Counted from the stretch's first letter, positions 8,831 through 18,403 are shown. The stretch: 58,664 nt of DNA from Deltaproteobacteria bacterium (GCA_030621515.1 JAUXHN010000002.1:1-58664); one strand, 5' to 3'. Numbers and translations are program-made. Notes: generated by a model not told the origin, from the sequence alone.

Positions 8831-9754
8831 TCAGACAAGCCGCGTGCCCGCTCCACCCTTGTTAGGCGTGTCGTCGAACACCTCGCAAATGTGGTAGATG
8901 CAGGTCATCCGATCCCCCGTACCACCGTGAACGAAATCGTGAATCGCGTTCGTGTAGCGAATAACATCCCGCTCGTGAGACGTGAGCGCGGGGTTTCCCG
9001 GATGCAGGAGCTGCGGAACCGCCCGAATCTCGAAGGTCGGATAGGCCAGGAACGACGCGGAGGCGATGGGGTTGGCCATCATGTTCAGGAAAGTGTGAGT
9101 GGCGTATCCCGGTTCCGTAAAGAGCTCGAGGGAGACCTGCCTGGTCATGTCGAAGCGGCTCGCGTCGTTGTAGAGACCGGCCAGAAACCGAATCTTCTCA
9201 CGCATGTCGGCCATGAAATCGCCCCTGGACGCCCGGCGTATCCGAGCCGACTCTTCCTCAAGTTCGTCGAGAGTGGCCGGGAGCCTCTCCTCGGTAGGCG
9301 TGAACCCCATCCCCTTGTACGCTGTGTTGAGGGAGAACGCCGAGTCGCGGCTCCAGCCGCCGTATGTGGCCACGCACGCGTTGTGGGGCCCGTCCAGATC
9401 CCTGGTATCGAACCCCACGGCGGCCAGCTTTGCAAGGCGGGCTATCCTCTCCTCGAAACTCCATCGCACGAACCTGTCCGGGAGGCTCACCACCGAGACG
9501 TCGCGCCAGGATCCGTCGATTCTGGCTCTCAACAGACCATCATTGAGCCTGGATGCATCGACCGTTCGGTGAACCACGTAACGGCCCTCGGTCCACCATT
9601 CACCCGGCTCGTGATAGGTCCCGGGAGCCTCCGCTTCGGTCCGGTCGGCCTCCCTCTCGCAACCCATCGCCGCGCCCACACCGACGGCGGCCACCGCGAC
9701 GGCGCAATCGCCGAAGAACTTTCTGCGGGACGGTCTGTCGTTCTGCAATTTCAC
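8831..9754 (-). CDS. Tat-signal lipoprotein, function unknown
   Basis: Twin-arginine motif SRRKFF followed by a hydrophobic stretch and lipobox AAMGC. I recognised no catalytic motif. Confidence 0.6.
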   Translation of the reverse strand: MKLQNDRPSRRKFFGDCAVAVAAVGVGAAMGCEREADRTEAEAPGTYHEPGEWWTEGRYVVHRTVDASRLNDGLLRARIDGSWRDVSVVSLPDRFVRWSFEERIARLAKLAAVGFDTRDLDGPHNACVATYGGWSRDSAFSLNTAYKGMGFTPTEERLPATLDELEEESARIRRASRGDFMADMREKIRFLAGLYNDASRFDMTRQVSLELFTEPGYATHTFLNMMANPIASASFLAYPTFEIRAVPQLLHPGNPALTSHERDVIRYTNAIHDFVHGGTGDRMTCIYHICEVFDDTPNKGGAGTRLV

Positions 9755-9788
9755 ACCTGTTTTTTCTGAAAAACTCGTTTTACGGGAA

Positions 9789-10256
9789 CTATTTGAAGTT
9801 CTGTACTGACCAGATCGCGCCGCTGGACGTCCTGTAGAACCCGCAGGCTACCTTTTCGTAGCTGGCGCTGCTCATGTTGATGTAGTGTCCGTGAACGCTG
9901 TAGTCCGCGCCCGGCCCCTCGTCCCACATACTCTGGAGGCATCCGTCGATGATATCGTCCACCGAGGGCCAGCTCGGGCATTCGTTCTGGGCCGCCTCGC
10001 CACACTCTCCGAAAGCGCTGTGAGAACTCCCCGCCTGGGCGTCCTGCTTTGCCTCGTCGTCGGCGCAGGGTTCTCCGCTGTTCCAGCGGGCAAGGGCCGG
10101 TATCCCTACGGTGGCGCGAAAATCATTGATCTTCTGCACGCACCTCACGCGCGCCTCCGCAAACTCGTCCGCACCGCCCTCGTCGTCGCAGCCGCTCCAT
10201 ACAAGGACTGCGGCCAATACGCCAATGCATATCATCAATATTGAGATTCTCTTCAT
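9789..10256 (-). CDS. CAP/SCP/PR-1-like (YkwD-like) lipoprotein
   Basis: Lipobox VWSGC. The order of elements fits CAP-domain proteins: INDFRATVG...L.W....A...A, SHSAFGE, HGHYINM. Confidence 0.55.
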   Translation of the reverse strand: MKRISILMICIGVLAAVLVWSGCDDEGGADEFAEARVRCVQKINDFRATVGIPALARWNSGEPCADDEAKQDAQAGSSHSAFGECGEAAQNECPSWPSVDDIIDGCLQSMWDEGPGADYSVHGHYINMSSASYEKVACGFYRTSSGAIWSVQNFK

Positions 10257-10376
10257 GGCGTCCTCCTGAACACCATTTTAACCCGCTTGCGATCTACGGC
10301 ACCATAAAACGTCCTTTCAATGATCGGTTTTTTCCCTCCCCAAAAAAAACACAACCCGGGCTTTACCGCACGGGAA

Positions 10377-10392
10377 CGGTGCCCACATTGCC
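10377..10392 (+). promoter_or_regulatory. Weak sigma-54-like -24/-12 element upstream of the hsp20 pair
   Basis: CGGTGCC-CACA-TTGCC has GG and GC at the correct 12-nt offset, but the -24 hexamer is poor. It lies 53 nt upstream of the ATG at 10445. Confidence 0.25.
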
Positions 10393-10444
10393 TTGCGAAG
10401 AGAAAAACCGGGGAGAACACCCGGCAAAGATTCGGAGGAGAACA

Positions 10445-10882
10445 ATGACAGTTTTGAGAACACATCATTTCAACGACATCTGGCAGGAGATGAGCCGGTG
10501 GCAACGGCACATGGGCGAGCTGTTCGGCGAGCGCGATTATTCGAAAAACGCGTGCGGTGTCTTTCCGCCGATCAACACCTACGACAACGGCGAATCATAC
10601 ATCGTTCGTGCCGAGATCCCGGGAATATCCCTGGACGATCTGGACATCACCGCCACGGCGACGCAGCTGACCGTCAAGGGCGAACGAAGCCCCGACGCCG
10701 ACATCGCGGGAAGGAGCTACCATCGCGCAGAGCGAGACCACGGGAGCTTCAACCGCACCATCGATCTGGGGCAGCCCATCGATCCGGACAAGATCGACGC
10801 CCGGTACGAGAACGGCGTTCTGGAAATCGTATTGCCCAGGGCCGCACATACCTTGCCCAGGCAGATCACCGTCAAGAACTGA
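10445..10882 (+). CDS. Hsp20/alpha-crystallin family small heat-shock protein
   Basis: GGAGGAG RBS 4 nt before the ATG at 10445. Alpha-crystallin core: PPINTYDNGESYIVRAEIPGISLDDLDI...LTVKGER...ENGVLEIVLPR. Confidence 0.9.
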   Translation: MTVLRTHHFNDIWQEMSRWQRHMGELFGERDYSKNACGVFPPINTYDNGESYIVRAEIPGISLDDLDITATATQLTVKGERSPDADIAGRSYHRAERDHGSFNRTIDLGQPIDPDKIDARYENGVLEIVLPRAAHTLPRQITVKN

Positions 10883-10903
10883 CATCGTGGAAGGAGACTC
10901 TAT

Positions 10904-11317
10904 ATGACCAGACGCAAAGAAAAAACGGAATTGGCCCCAAAAGAGAAACAACCGATCTCCGGCCACGCTGGAGAGCCCACCCGGTCCGGAACCTACTATT
11001 CACCGGCGGTGGATATTTTCCAGACCGAGGAAGACCTTGTCATCGTCGCGGACATGCCCGGGGTGGCGCCCGAGAATCTGGACGTGAATCTCGAGGACTC
11101 GGTCCTCACCGTCACCGGCACAGTCGTCGATCCGGATTCCGGCTGGAAGCTCCGATATCGGGAGTACGGCATCGGCGGGTACACCCGGCGGTTTACCCTG
11201 AGCGACAAAATCGACCAGAGCGGGATCGAAGCGAAGCTCGTGAACGGAGTTCTCACCGTGCGGCTCCCCAAGGCGGATGCCCTCAAACCCAGGAAGGTGG
11301 TCGTGAAGGCCGCGTGA
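10904..11317 (+). CDS. Hsp20/alpha-crystallin family small heat-shock protein (second copy)
   Basis: GAAGGAG RBS. Core motifs: PAVDIFQTEEDLVIVADMPGVAPENLDV...LTVTG...NGVLTVRLPK. Confidence 0.9.
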   Translation: MTRRKEKTELAPKEKQPISGHAGEPTRSGTYYSPAVDIFQTEEDLVIVADMPGVAPENLDVNLEDSVLTVTGTVVDPDSGWKLRYREYGIGGYTRRFTLSDKIDQSGIEAKLVNGVLTVRLPKADALKPRKVVVKAA

Positions 11318-11346
11318 CGGCACTTATTCTTTCCACCCCCATGTTT

Positions 11347-12468
11347 CTATCGGTAGAGATCTTTCAAGAAAGAACCGGCATCTACAACATCTATGCCGTC
11401 TACCGTCTTTCGCCGGCGCAGGCGCCAGACGATTTGTGAAGACGGAACCGAGTATTTCTTATTGAAGTACCTCAACGCGGGACTGACCTTATGGTCGCTC
11501 ACCTTGACTTCATACAGAACGTAGGGGTCGTTTTCCTCGCACATGCAGAAATCTACTTCCTTGCCTTCTTTTGTCCTCAGGTAATGAAGCGAATGAAGAT
11601 TTCCGGTTTCGTCGGTCTTTGCCAGCGCCGCCTTGAGGAGGCTCACCGCGACGGTGTTCTCAAACCGCGCGCCGTCGTCACCAACAACCAGACCCGTGTC
11701 AAAAAAGTAAACCTTGGGGCTCTTTAAAATAGAACGGGAGATGTTTCTGGAATGAGGAGTCACCCTGAACACTATGAAAAGAGCCTCCAGAATGTCCACA
11801 TAGGTCTTTGCGGTGGGCGATGATATCTTCAGATCTTTCGCAATTGAATTGTAGGAAAGCAAGGAGCCTGTTTTTCTTCTGAGCAACTCAAAAACGAGCT
11901 CTATATTTCTGATTTCACCGATTCGCCCAAAATCTAAAATATCCGAACGAATCAGGCTTTCCTTGTACTGGTTCCTCCATCTTTGCGCATCGACCGGGCT
12001 TTGCGCGAGAAGTGGTTCGGGAAATCCGCCCCTCTCAACCAGAAGATCCAGCTCGCCGTCCATGGGAGTGTCCTTCAACTCGGCCACAGAGAAAGGCATC
12101 AACCTGTGCAGAAAATACCTGCCGGACAGCGAGTCTCCGCTGCGCCGAAAAGTATCAAGCCTGGCGCTTCCCGTTACCAGAATTCTCATATTTGGCGGAC
12201 GAGTGTCGAAAACCCCCTTGATGTGGTTTTTCCAACCTTTCATTTTGTGCAACTCATCGAGGATCAGAAGGTCTGTCTTGTCGTACCAGGACGAACTCTC
12301 GATTATCGTTCTGTCATCGAAATTGTCGTAGTTGAGATATGTCGTGTTTTCAAATTTCTCCCCGATCTTGCGCGAGAGCCAGGTCTTGCCCACCTGCCTG
12401 GGACCGGTGAGAAACACCATCTTCTTTTCAAGGTCCTTCAATATCTGGCTGGATTGCGTTCTTCTCAT
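11347..12468 (-). CDS. AAA-type ATPase of the COG1373 / DUF4143 family
   Basis: Walker A LTGPRQVGKTW, Walker B LLILDELH, and a C-terminal DUF4143-like region. It is a paralog of 43847..44965. Confidence 0.75.
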   Translation of the reverse strand: MRRTQSSQILKDLEKKMVFLTGPRQVGKTWLSRKIGEKFENTTYLNYDNFDDRTIIESSSWYDKTDLLILDELHKMKGWKNHIKGVFDTRPPNMRILVTGSARLDTFRRSGDSLSGRYFLHRLMPFSVAELKDTPMDGELDLLVERGGFPEPLLAQSPVDAQRWRNQYKESLIRSDILDFGRIGEIRNIELVFELLRRKTGSLLSYNSIAKDLKISSPTAKTYVDILEALFIVFRVTPHSRNISRSILKSPKVYFFDTGLVVGDDGARFENTVAVSLLKAALAKTDETGNLHSLHYLRTKEGKEVDFCMCEENDPYVLYEVKVSDHKVSPALRYFNKKYSVPSSQIVWRLRRRKTVDGIDVVDAGSFLKDLYR

Positions 12469-12470
12469 GA

Positions 12471-12506
12471 GACTATTTTAAATCTGATTTTATAATAGTC
12501 AAGACT
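12471..12506 (-). promoter_or_regulatory. Promoter embedded in the inverted repeat GACTATT-N16-AATAGTC (TTGACT -35, TAAAAT -10), predicting a leaderless mRNA
   Basis: The minus strand reads AGTCTTGACTATT-ATAAAATCAGATTTAA-AATAGTC-TC-ATG. The same architecture occurs at the paralog (43808-43843). Confidence 0.45.
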
Positions 12507-12533
12507 TTTTTAAAATATGGTTTAATATGGACG

Positions 12534-12857
12534 CTATTCGTCCAGCACCATTTCGATGGCACCGCGCGGGCAGTAGTGGGCGCACAATCCGCAACCCTTG
12601 CAGAAATCCAGATCTATCAGGATCTCTCCCGACTCAGGATCGCGGGTGATGGCCAGGTCCGGGCACATGAGCCGACAGACGTCACAGTACAGACACGGGC
12701 TCGATACGGTGCATCGAAGCGCCTCGTAGGACGCCTCGGCGAGGGTCAGGGTCGGCTCCGCCTCGTCGAAACTCTTTACACGTTCGGCCCCTGGCGCCAT
12801 TGTCGGAGCGACGCGTTTCTCCCCCTTCACCGTGCATACATCGGAACGCGTGGTCAT
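12534..12857 (-). CDS. 4Fe-4S dicluster ferredoxin-type protein (delta-subunit-like component of the 2-oxoacid oxidoreductase operon)
   Basis: Two CxxCxxCxxxCP motifs (CLYCDVCRLMCP, CKGCGLCAHYCP). The start abuts the stop of the upstream gene. Confidence 0.8.
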   Translation of the reverse strand: MTTRSDVCTVKGEKRVAPTMAPGAERVKSFDEAEPTLTLAEASYEALRCTVSSPCLYCDVCRLMCPDLAITRDPESGEILIDLDFCKGCGLCAHYCPRGAIEMVLDE

Positions 12858-13634
12858 TTATTCCTCCCAACCCTTCGGAGAAACGAGGCCCTTCGCGGCG
12901 AATATCGGGTGTTGCGGTCGAGCTGCCTCGGCGAAACGTTGATCCACCTCGCAGGAGGCGCAGTCGTAGTTGTTGGGACACAGCGCGCCGGGCATCAGGC
13001 CCATCATGTTGTACCGGCACTTTCTTTCCGTGGCCGGACGTCTTCGCAGCACCTCCACCTTGATGCTCTCCTCCTCCACCGCGCCCGTGGGGCAGACCGC
13101 AGCGCAGGCTCCGCATCCGATGCACGATTCGGCCACCCGATCGGCGTACGGCACCTCCAGCCCTTTCTTATCGCCCCGGCCACTCAGGGTCAGGGCGCAA
13201 GCTCCCACTACCTCCTGACAGACGCGGGCGCACAGGCCGCACAGTATGCAGTTTTCCCGCCCCGCCGGCGGCTCCCGAGGCGTGAAGGTAGGCTCATTGA
13301 CTCCATTGGCCTTTGCCATCCCCAAGATCGCGGCGGCCTGTGGCGCCATGCCGAGCAACAAGCGAAGCACCATCTTCCGGTGTCGCCGGACTTCCTTCGT
13401 GTCGGTCCTCACCTCTATCCCGTCGAGCACCTCGTAATTGCACGATGTGGTGATCCGGGTCCGGCCGTTCTTTTTCACCTCCACCAGGCACATACGGCAG
13501 GCGCCGTAAGGTTTGAGGTGGGGATGGGCGCACAGGGACGGGATCATGGCCCCGGCTGCCCGGGCGACGGCAAGGAGGCTCTGTCCTTCCTTCGCCGTTA
13601 CCTGTTCGCCGTCTATGGTGAGTGAAATGGTCAT
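12858..13634 (-). CDS. 2Fe-2S plus 2x[4Fe-4S] iron-sulfur protein resembling the N-terminal module of NuoG/HydA/FdhA
   Basis: MTISLTIDGEQVTAKEGQSLL...IPSLCAHPHLKPYGACRMCLVEV is the plant-type 2Fe-2S NuoG-like N-terminus. It is followed by CILCGLCARVC and CIGCGACAAVCPTGA. The ATG at 13634 is 4 nt from the upstream stop. Confidence 0.75.
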   Translation of the reverse strand: MTISLTIDGEQVTAKEGQSLLAVARAAGAMIPSLCAHPHLKPYGACRMCLVEVKKNGRTRITTSCNYEVLDGIEVRTDTKEVRRHRKMVLRLLLGMAPQAAAILGMAKANGVNEPTFTPREPPAGRENCILCGLCARVCQEVVGACALTLSGRGDKKGLEVPYADRVAESCIGCGACAAVCPTGAVEEESIKVEVLRRRPATERKCRYNMMGLMPGALCPNNYDCASCEVDQRFAEAARPQHPIFAAKGLVSPKGWEE

Positions 13635-13638
13635 TCGA

Positions 13639-14994
13639 TCACTTTCCCAACTCGAGATCGCGATGAATCGTCTCGGCCGCGAGCCTCCCGGTGGCCATGG
13701 AATCGACCACCGTGGCCGCTCCCGTCGCACACTCGCCGGCTGCGTACCAGCGTTTCCGCCCGAGGCGGTACTCTCCGTCGACCAGTAGATTGCCGAGTAT
13801 CCCGCGCGAAATGCCGTCGAGATCGGGCAGATCCGCGGTCGGTGATCTCCGCTCGCCGGCCACGATCAGGAGCCCTGCATCCAGATGCTCGACCGGACCG
13901 TGGGAAGTGAGCTTGTACCTGCCCACTTCGTCCACGTTATCGGCCTTGATGGTCTTCACCAGCACCGCCGTGAGGATCCCGTCCTGACCCTCCGCCTTTA
14001 TTATTCGATGCATGGGGCGAACCTCCACCCCCTCTTCGCGCGCAAGCCCGATGGCGTGATCTCCCGCCGGCCACTGCTCAAGAGGCGCAGGATGGATCAC
14101 TGTTACGCTCCGGGCTCCGAGGCGCACGGCCAGCCGGGCCGCCTGCACTGCCGCCGGACCGCCGCCGTTCACAACCACCACGCCGTCCATCCGCCGCTCG
14201 TTTCGGCAGTACTCCGCGGCGCCGACAATGTTCTTCAGATCTGATCCCAAAAACGCAGCCGGCAAATCCCGTCGCGCTCCGGTAGCCACGAGCACGGCCC
14301 CATATGAAGACTCCAGATCGCAAAAGGGCATGTCCTCCCCCATGCGAGTTCCCGAATGGATCTCGACGCCCATCCGCTCCAGCCGGGTCGCGTCCTTTGC
14401 CACCATCTCACGGGGCAGAACGAATCGCGGCACCGTGTCCGCCATTGAGCCGCCCGGATTCGCACCCGCGTCGAACACCACCGATCGAACACCCAGCTGG
14501 CTCAATCTGTGGGCAGCCGCCAGGCCTGCCGGGCCGGATCCGACAATCGCCACCGAGTTGACCCCGACCCTTGTCTCAACTTCCGCATCCGCAACCACGT
14601 GCACGGCAAAGCGTTTCAGCGAGCGAATGTCCACGCCCATGTCGATTCTCGCCCTTGTGCAGGCCCTCATGCATGAGGCGATGCAGACGCGGCCGCACAC
14701 GGATGGCAGGGCGTTGGTCCTGCGCACTATGGTTGCCGCCTCGTCCACGTCATTCCTCGCTATGGCGCTGATATATCCCGGAACATCCTGACCCAGGGGA
14801 CACGCCATCACGCAGGGTGGCCGGTCGGCCATCTCGCCGGGAAACTCACGGGAGCGGTAGATCTCACCCCTCAGGGATCCCTCCTCGCTCCTCAGGCTCG
14901 GAAAAACCGTTGCCGGACACTGCCACGTGCACCCGCCGCAGACCATGCACCTGGCTGAATCGCGCTGTGGCCTGTGAGTCCTGCCGCCGCTCAT
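13639..14994 (-). CDS. GltD-like NAD(P)H-dependent FAD oxidoreductase (glutamate synthase small-subunit family)
   Basis: N-terminal Cys clusters, then two Rossmann motifs: VAIVGSGPAGLAAA and VVVVNGGGPAAVQAA. Confidence 0.8.
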   Translation of the reverse strand: MSGGRTHRPQRDSARCMVCGGCTWQCPATVFPSLRSEEGSLRGEIYRSREFPGEMADRPPCVMACPLGQDVPGYISAIARNDVDEAATIVRRTNALPSVCGRVCIASCMRACTRARIDMGVDIRSLKRFAVHVVADAEVETRVGVNSVAIVGSGPAGLAAAHRLSQLGVRSVVFDAGANPGGSMADTVPRFVLPREMVAKDATRLERMGVEIHSGTRMGEDMPFCDLESSYGAVLVATGARRDLPAAFLGSDLKNIVGAAEYCRNERRMDGVVVVNGGGPAAVQAARLAVRLGARSVTVIHPAPLEQWPAGDHAIGLAREEGVEVRPMHRIIKAEGQDGILTAVLVKTIKADNVDEVGRYKLTSHGPVEHLDAGLLIVAGERRSPTADLPDLDGISRGILGNLLVDGEYRLGRKRWYAAGECATGAATVVDSMATGRLAAETIHRDLELGK

Positions 14995-15551
14995 CCACCT
15001 ACCTCCAGGGCCGCCTTTTTCCCCATCTGAATCGCTTCGAGGCCCGCAGCGCGGTGCCTGGGCGGAAGGTTTTGTTCGATGGCGGCGATCAGGCTTTCCT
15101 CCGATACCACCTCCGTGAGATGTGCGATGAAGCCCATGACGATCAGATTGGAAGAGGTGCTCTTGCCGAACCTCTCGATGGCCTTCTCGGTGGCGGAGAT
15201 CTCCCAGAGACTTCCCCCGGCGGTCTTCGACGGCGTGACGAAGAACGGATCGTAGAACACTTTTGTGTCTTCGGTCCCGGCCGGCGCGAATCTGTCGTAG
15301 GTTTGCTGGGAAAAGACCACGAGGATGTCCGGGGTCTCCACATGGGGATAGTCGATGGGCGTGTCGGAGATAACCAGATCCGCAGTTGCCTCGCCGCCAC
15401 GAACCGCAGCGCCGTAACGCGCGGATTGAGCCACTTTGCGACCATCCCCCATGGCCGCCTGAGCGAGCATGACGCCGGCGAGAATCACGCCCTGGCCCGC
15501 CTCGCCGCCGATGCGCACCTGGACCGGAGATTTGCTCATGGCGCGGGTCAT
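14991..15551 (-). CDS. 2-oxoacid:ferredoxin oxidoreductase gamma subunit
   Basis: VQVRIGGEAGQGVILAG motif, 186 aa, with 4-nt overlaps to both neighbours. Confidence 0.85.
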   Translation of the reverse strand: MTRAMSKSPVQVRIGGEAGQGVILAGVMLAQAAMGDGRKVAQSARYGAAVRGGEATADLVISDTPIDYPHVETPDILVVFSQQTYDRFAPAGTEDTKVFYDPFFVTPSKTAGGSLWEISATEKAIERFGKSTSSNLIVMGFIAHLTEVVSEESLIAAIEQNLPPRHRAAGLEAIQMGKKAALEVGG

Positions 15552-16306
15552 GGCTCGAACTCTCCTATGACGAAGTGACGTAATCGCTCGTCCTCATCCA
15601 TGGCCTGTGCCTCCGCCCTGGAGATGCATTTGGAATCCACGCTGTCGTACAACTCGGAGATCTCCGCCGTTGAGTTGCGGCGTCCGAACTGGGTCGGACA
15701 CGGGCTAATCGCCTCGACGAAGGTGAAGCCCTCGATTCGCAGAGCCTTCTCGATGGCGTCGATCAGCTGGTTCGGGCGGGTCACCGGGAATCGAGCGGCG
15801 TACCTGGCTCCGGATGCCATCACCAGGTTGCAGATGTCAAAGGGTCTGAAGTTATTTCCGTCGGGATCTGTTGACGTGCGCGCTCCCACCGGCGTGGTTG
15901 ACGCTGTCTGACCGCCGGTCATTCCATAGATCAGGTTGTTCGCGCAGATGACGGTGACATCGAGGTTGCGCCGCGCGGAGTGGATCAGATGATTCCCCCC
16001 GATGGATGTCAGATCTCCGTCCCCCGACGCAACTATCGTGGTCAATTTCGGGTTGACGAGCTTGGCGCCGGTGGCAAAAGCCAGCGCACGCCCGTGCAAC
16101 GTATGAAGCGTATCGGTTCCTATGTTGGGGCTCGGGATCCACGCCGCGCATCCGATTCCGGAGACAAACAGCAGATCTTCCATGGCTATGCCAAGTCGAT
16201 CGACAGCTCTGAGGATCGCGCCCATGAGGATTCCATGCCCGCACCCCGGGCAAAAGCGCGTTCCGGATAACCCCTGCCGCAGGTACTTGTTCATGTCGCG
16301 CGTCAT
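15548..16306 (-). CDS. 2-oxoacid:ferredoxin oxidoreductase beta subunit (TPP-binding)
   Basis: FCPGCGHG Cys motif and the TPP motif SGDGDL..IGGNH. Confidence 0.88.
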   Translation of the reverse strand: MTRDMNKYLRQGLSGTRFCPGCGHGILMGAILRAVDRLGIAMEDLLFVSGIGCAAWIPSPNIGTDTLHTLHGRALAFATGAKLVNPKLTTIVASGDGDLTSIGGNHLIHSARRNLDVTVICANNLIYGMTGGQTASTTPVGARTSTDPDGNNFRPFDICNLVMASGARYAARFPVTRPNQLIDAIEKALRIEGFTFVEAISPCPTQFGRRNSTAEISELYDSVDSKCISRAEAQAMDEDERLRHFVIGEFEP

Positions 16307-17442
16307 GGCAGCTCTTCCACGAACTTCACCAGGCTATCGGGCTCGATGATTTTCCCGTTGGTCTGCGCAAAAACGTGCACCGGCGCGCCGGTGAACCCCC
16401 GGACCACCCCGGCCATCATACCCTTGTTCAGCTCCGGAACCACGATGGCCTTCACCCTGGCACCGAGCTGTGTCACCTGTTTCTCCGGGAACGGCCAGAT
16501 AGTCAGAGCCCTCAGCAACCCGGCCTTGACGCCCTTCGAGCGCAACCGTTTTACCGCCGCCAACGCCGATCGGGCGGAGACGCCGTACGCGAAAAAGGCA
16601 ACCTCGGCATCGTCGAGCATGTGTTCCTCGGTCTCCACGATCTCGTCCACGTTATCCAGGGTCTTTCGCATCAACCGCGTGACCAGAGCGTCGTGTATCT
16701 CCGGGTCGTCCACCTTCCGAAATCCCCGGCCGTCATGGGTGGAGCCGGTTACCATCAGCCGCCCGCCATCTCCAAAAGACGGCATGACCGGAACCCCGTC
16801 CGGCAACGGGGAACCGAAGGGATCGCCCGCTCCTTTTTTTATCCGATCCACAACCTCGAAATTCCTGTGAAAAACCACGTTCTCCCGCAGGTGTCCCACG
16901 GCCTCGTCGGCGGCGAGGAAGACGGGCACCCTGAACTTTTCCGAGAGATTGAACGCGCGGATGGTGAGATCGTAGCACTCCTGCACCGACCAGGGGACCA
17001 GGGTTACGGGGAACACATCTCCGTGGGATCCGTACTTGAACTGCATCATGTCGCCCTGGCCCACGTGGGTCGCCTGTCCCGTGGCGGGCCCCGCGCGCTG
17101 GATGTCCACCAGCACAAGGGGCGTTTCAGTGAAGTAGGCGTAGCCGAGGGCTTCCTGCATCAGGCTCAGGCCCGGTCCGGAGGTGGCGGTCATCGACTTT
17201 GCACCGCTCCATGAAGCTCCGATCACGGCACAGATGGAGGCCAGCTCGTCCTCCATCTGTATGAACACGCCGTCACCAGCGCGCAGCAACTCGGCCATGC
17301 GAACCATGATCTCGCTCGAAGGAGTGATCGGATAACCGCCGAAGAACCGGCAACCCACGGCAACGGCGGCTTCCGCCACTGCCACATTGCCCTGCACGAG
17401 CACCTCTGGTGTTTCGATTACGCGCTCTCGCCCGGCCATCAA
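16303..17442 (-). CDS. 2-oxoacid:ferredoxin oxidoreductase alpha subunit (Kor/Vor/Por type; substrate not assignable by eye)
   Basis: N-terminal GNVAVAEAAVAVGCRFFGGYPITPSSEI. It is the first gene of a tightly packed six-gene operon. Confidence 0.88.
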   Translation of the reverse strand: MMAGRERVIETPEVLVQGNVAVAEAAVAVGCRFFGGYPITPSSEIMVRMAELLRAGDGVFIQMEDELASICAVIGASWSGAKSMTATSGPGLSLMQEALGYAYFTETPLVLVDIQRAGPATGQATHVGQGDMMQFKYGSHGDVFPVTLVPWSVQECYDLTIRAFNLSEKFRVPVFLAADEAVGHLRENVVFHRNFEVVDRIKKGAGDPFGSPLPDGVPVMPSFGDGGRLMVTGSTHDGRGFRKVDDPEIHDALVTRLMRKTLDNVDEIVETEEHMLDDAEVAFFAYGVSARSALAAVKRLRSKGVKAGLLRALTIWPFPEKQVTQLGARVKAIVVPELNKGMMAGVVRGFTGAPVHVFAQTNGKIIEPDSLVKFVEELP

Positions 17443-17569
17443 CTTGTTCCTCTACGACAAGAAAGCCCTCGCGGGCTCTTTTTCGCCTTTAATTTTCCAC
17501 TTTGCAACAGTAAATAGTTCTTCTATGAACCCTTAACATCGGCGTAACCTTTTTCAAGAGGAGCACACG

Positions 17570-18403
17570 TTGAGCAAGATCCCGTTATTTCCGAGCAGCC
17601 TGGAGTTGTTTCGCCTGGTGCGTACCGTGGCGGACGAACTTGGCACATCCGAAAAAATGAGCGACGCCGAGCTGGGAAGGATGATCAGCCTTGAGAGCGC
17701 CAGGACGAGTCGCTGGAAGCACGGGCAGATTGCGGTCAACGACGCGGCTCGGCTTCTGGCCCTCTCCTTATCCCTCGGGATTGACATATCGGTGCTGTCA
17801 CACGTGGCCGCCGGCTACTTGTCTGCCGACGAGGCCCTGGAGCTCATGTCCAACGAGAAAGAATTCGTGCGCTTCATCGGCGAGCAGCTCCTCCTTCCGA
17901 CCAACGGCCAGTCCATGACTCTGGTGTCGTCCGACGGATCCGAAGCGAGGATCGCGAGACGGACCGCCCTCAAGCACGAGCGGCTGTTCCGGCGGGGCTC
18001 TTCCTCTCGCCGCCTGACCGACGACGGCCGCAGCGTAGTAGTGCTGCTCGCGGACGATGACGATACCACCATCGACGTCTTTACAAATCTCTCCGGAGAG
18101 GGAACCGGCATCGTCGGTGTAGTGGCGCGCTCCATTCCGGAGGCTCTCATCGTTGCCGGACAGCTTCATCCCCGGCTCGTCATTCTTGACCTCTTCATGG
18201 GTCAGGCGGACGGGTTCGCCGCAGTTCGCAGCCTCACCACCAACGAGGCCACCAGCGCCACCGAGGTGGTCGCCACCAGCCTGACCATGAGCCCGGATGT
18301 GGTTCGCGCGGCAAAGGGGAGCGGCGCGTCGGAGATTCTCGAACGCCCCTTGCGTTCTCGACCCCTCGGCAGGCTATTGCGAAACCTGCGGAGTGGTCGC
18401 TAG
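17570..18403 (+). CDS. Response regulator with an N-terminal XRE-like HTH region and a C-terminal receiver domain
   Basis: TTG start with an AAGAGGAG RBS. Receiver residues are present: LLADDDD, LVILDLFMGQADG, VVATSL and a conserved K. Confidence 0.65.
   Translation: MSKIPLFPSSLELFRLVRTVADELGTSEKMSDAELGRMISLESARTSRWKHGQIAVNDAARLLALSLSLGIDISVLSHVAAGYLSADEALELMSNEKEFVRFIGEQLLLPTNGQSMTLVSSDGSEARIARRTALKHERLFRRGSSSRRLTDDGRSVVVLLADDDDTTIDVFTNLSGEGTGIVGVVARSIPEALIVAGQLHPRLVILDLFMGQADGFAAVRSLTTNEATSATEVVATSLTMSPDVVRAAKGSGASEILERPLRSRPLGRLLRNLRSGR

Noticed and set aside
10393-11439. 348-aa Arg-rich ORF spanning both hsp20 genes in another frame
   Set aside because: It is an alternative frame of two well-supported Hsp20 genes that have strong RBSs. 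The product is low-complexity Arg/Gly/Pro.
12576-13625. 349-aa ORF antisense to the Fe-S protein genes; similar antisense ORFs occur at 18374..19360, 19296..20129, 26376..27248, 34621..35370 and 35427..36191
   Set aside because: All lie opposite genes with clear catalytic or cofactor motifs. They have the typical GC-rich shadow-ORF amino-acid bias.
17464-17485. Terminator-like hairpin AGCCC-TCGC-GGGCT followed by a T-run on the plus strand
   Set aside because: No plus-strand gene ends here. It lies in the 5' leader region of the kor operon, between divergent genes, so its function is unclear. It may be a leader structure or an antisense stop.
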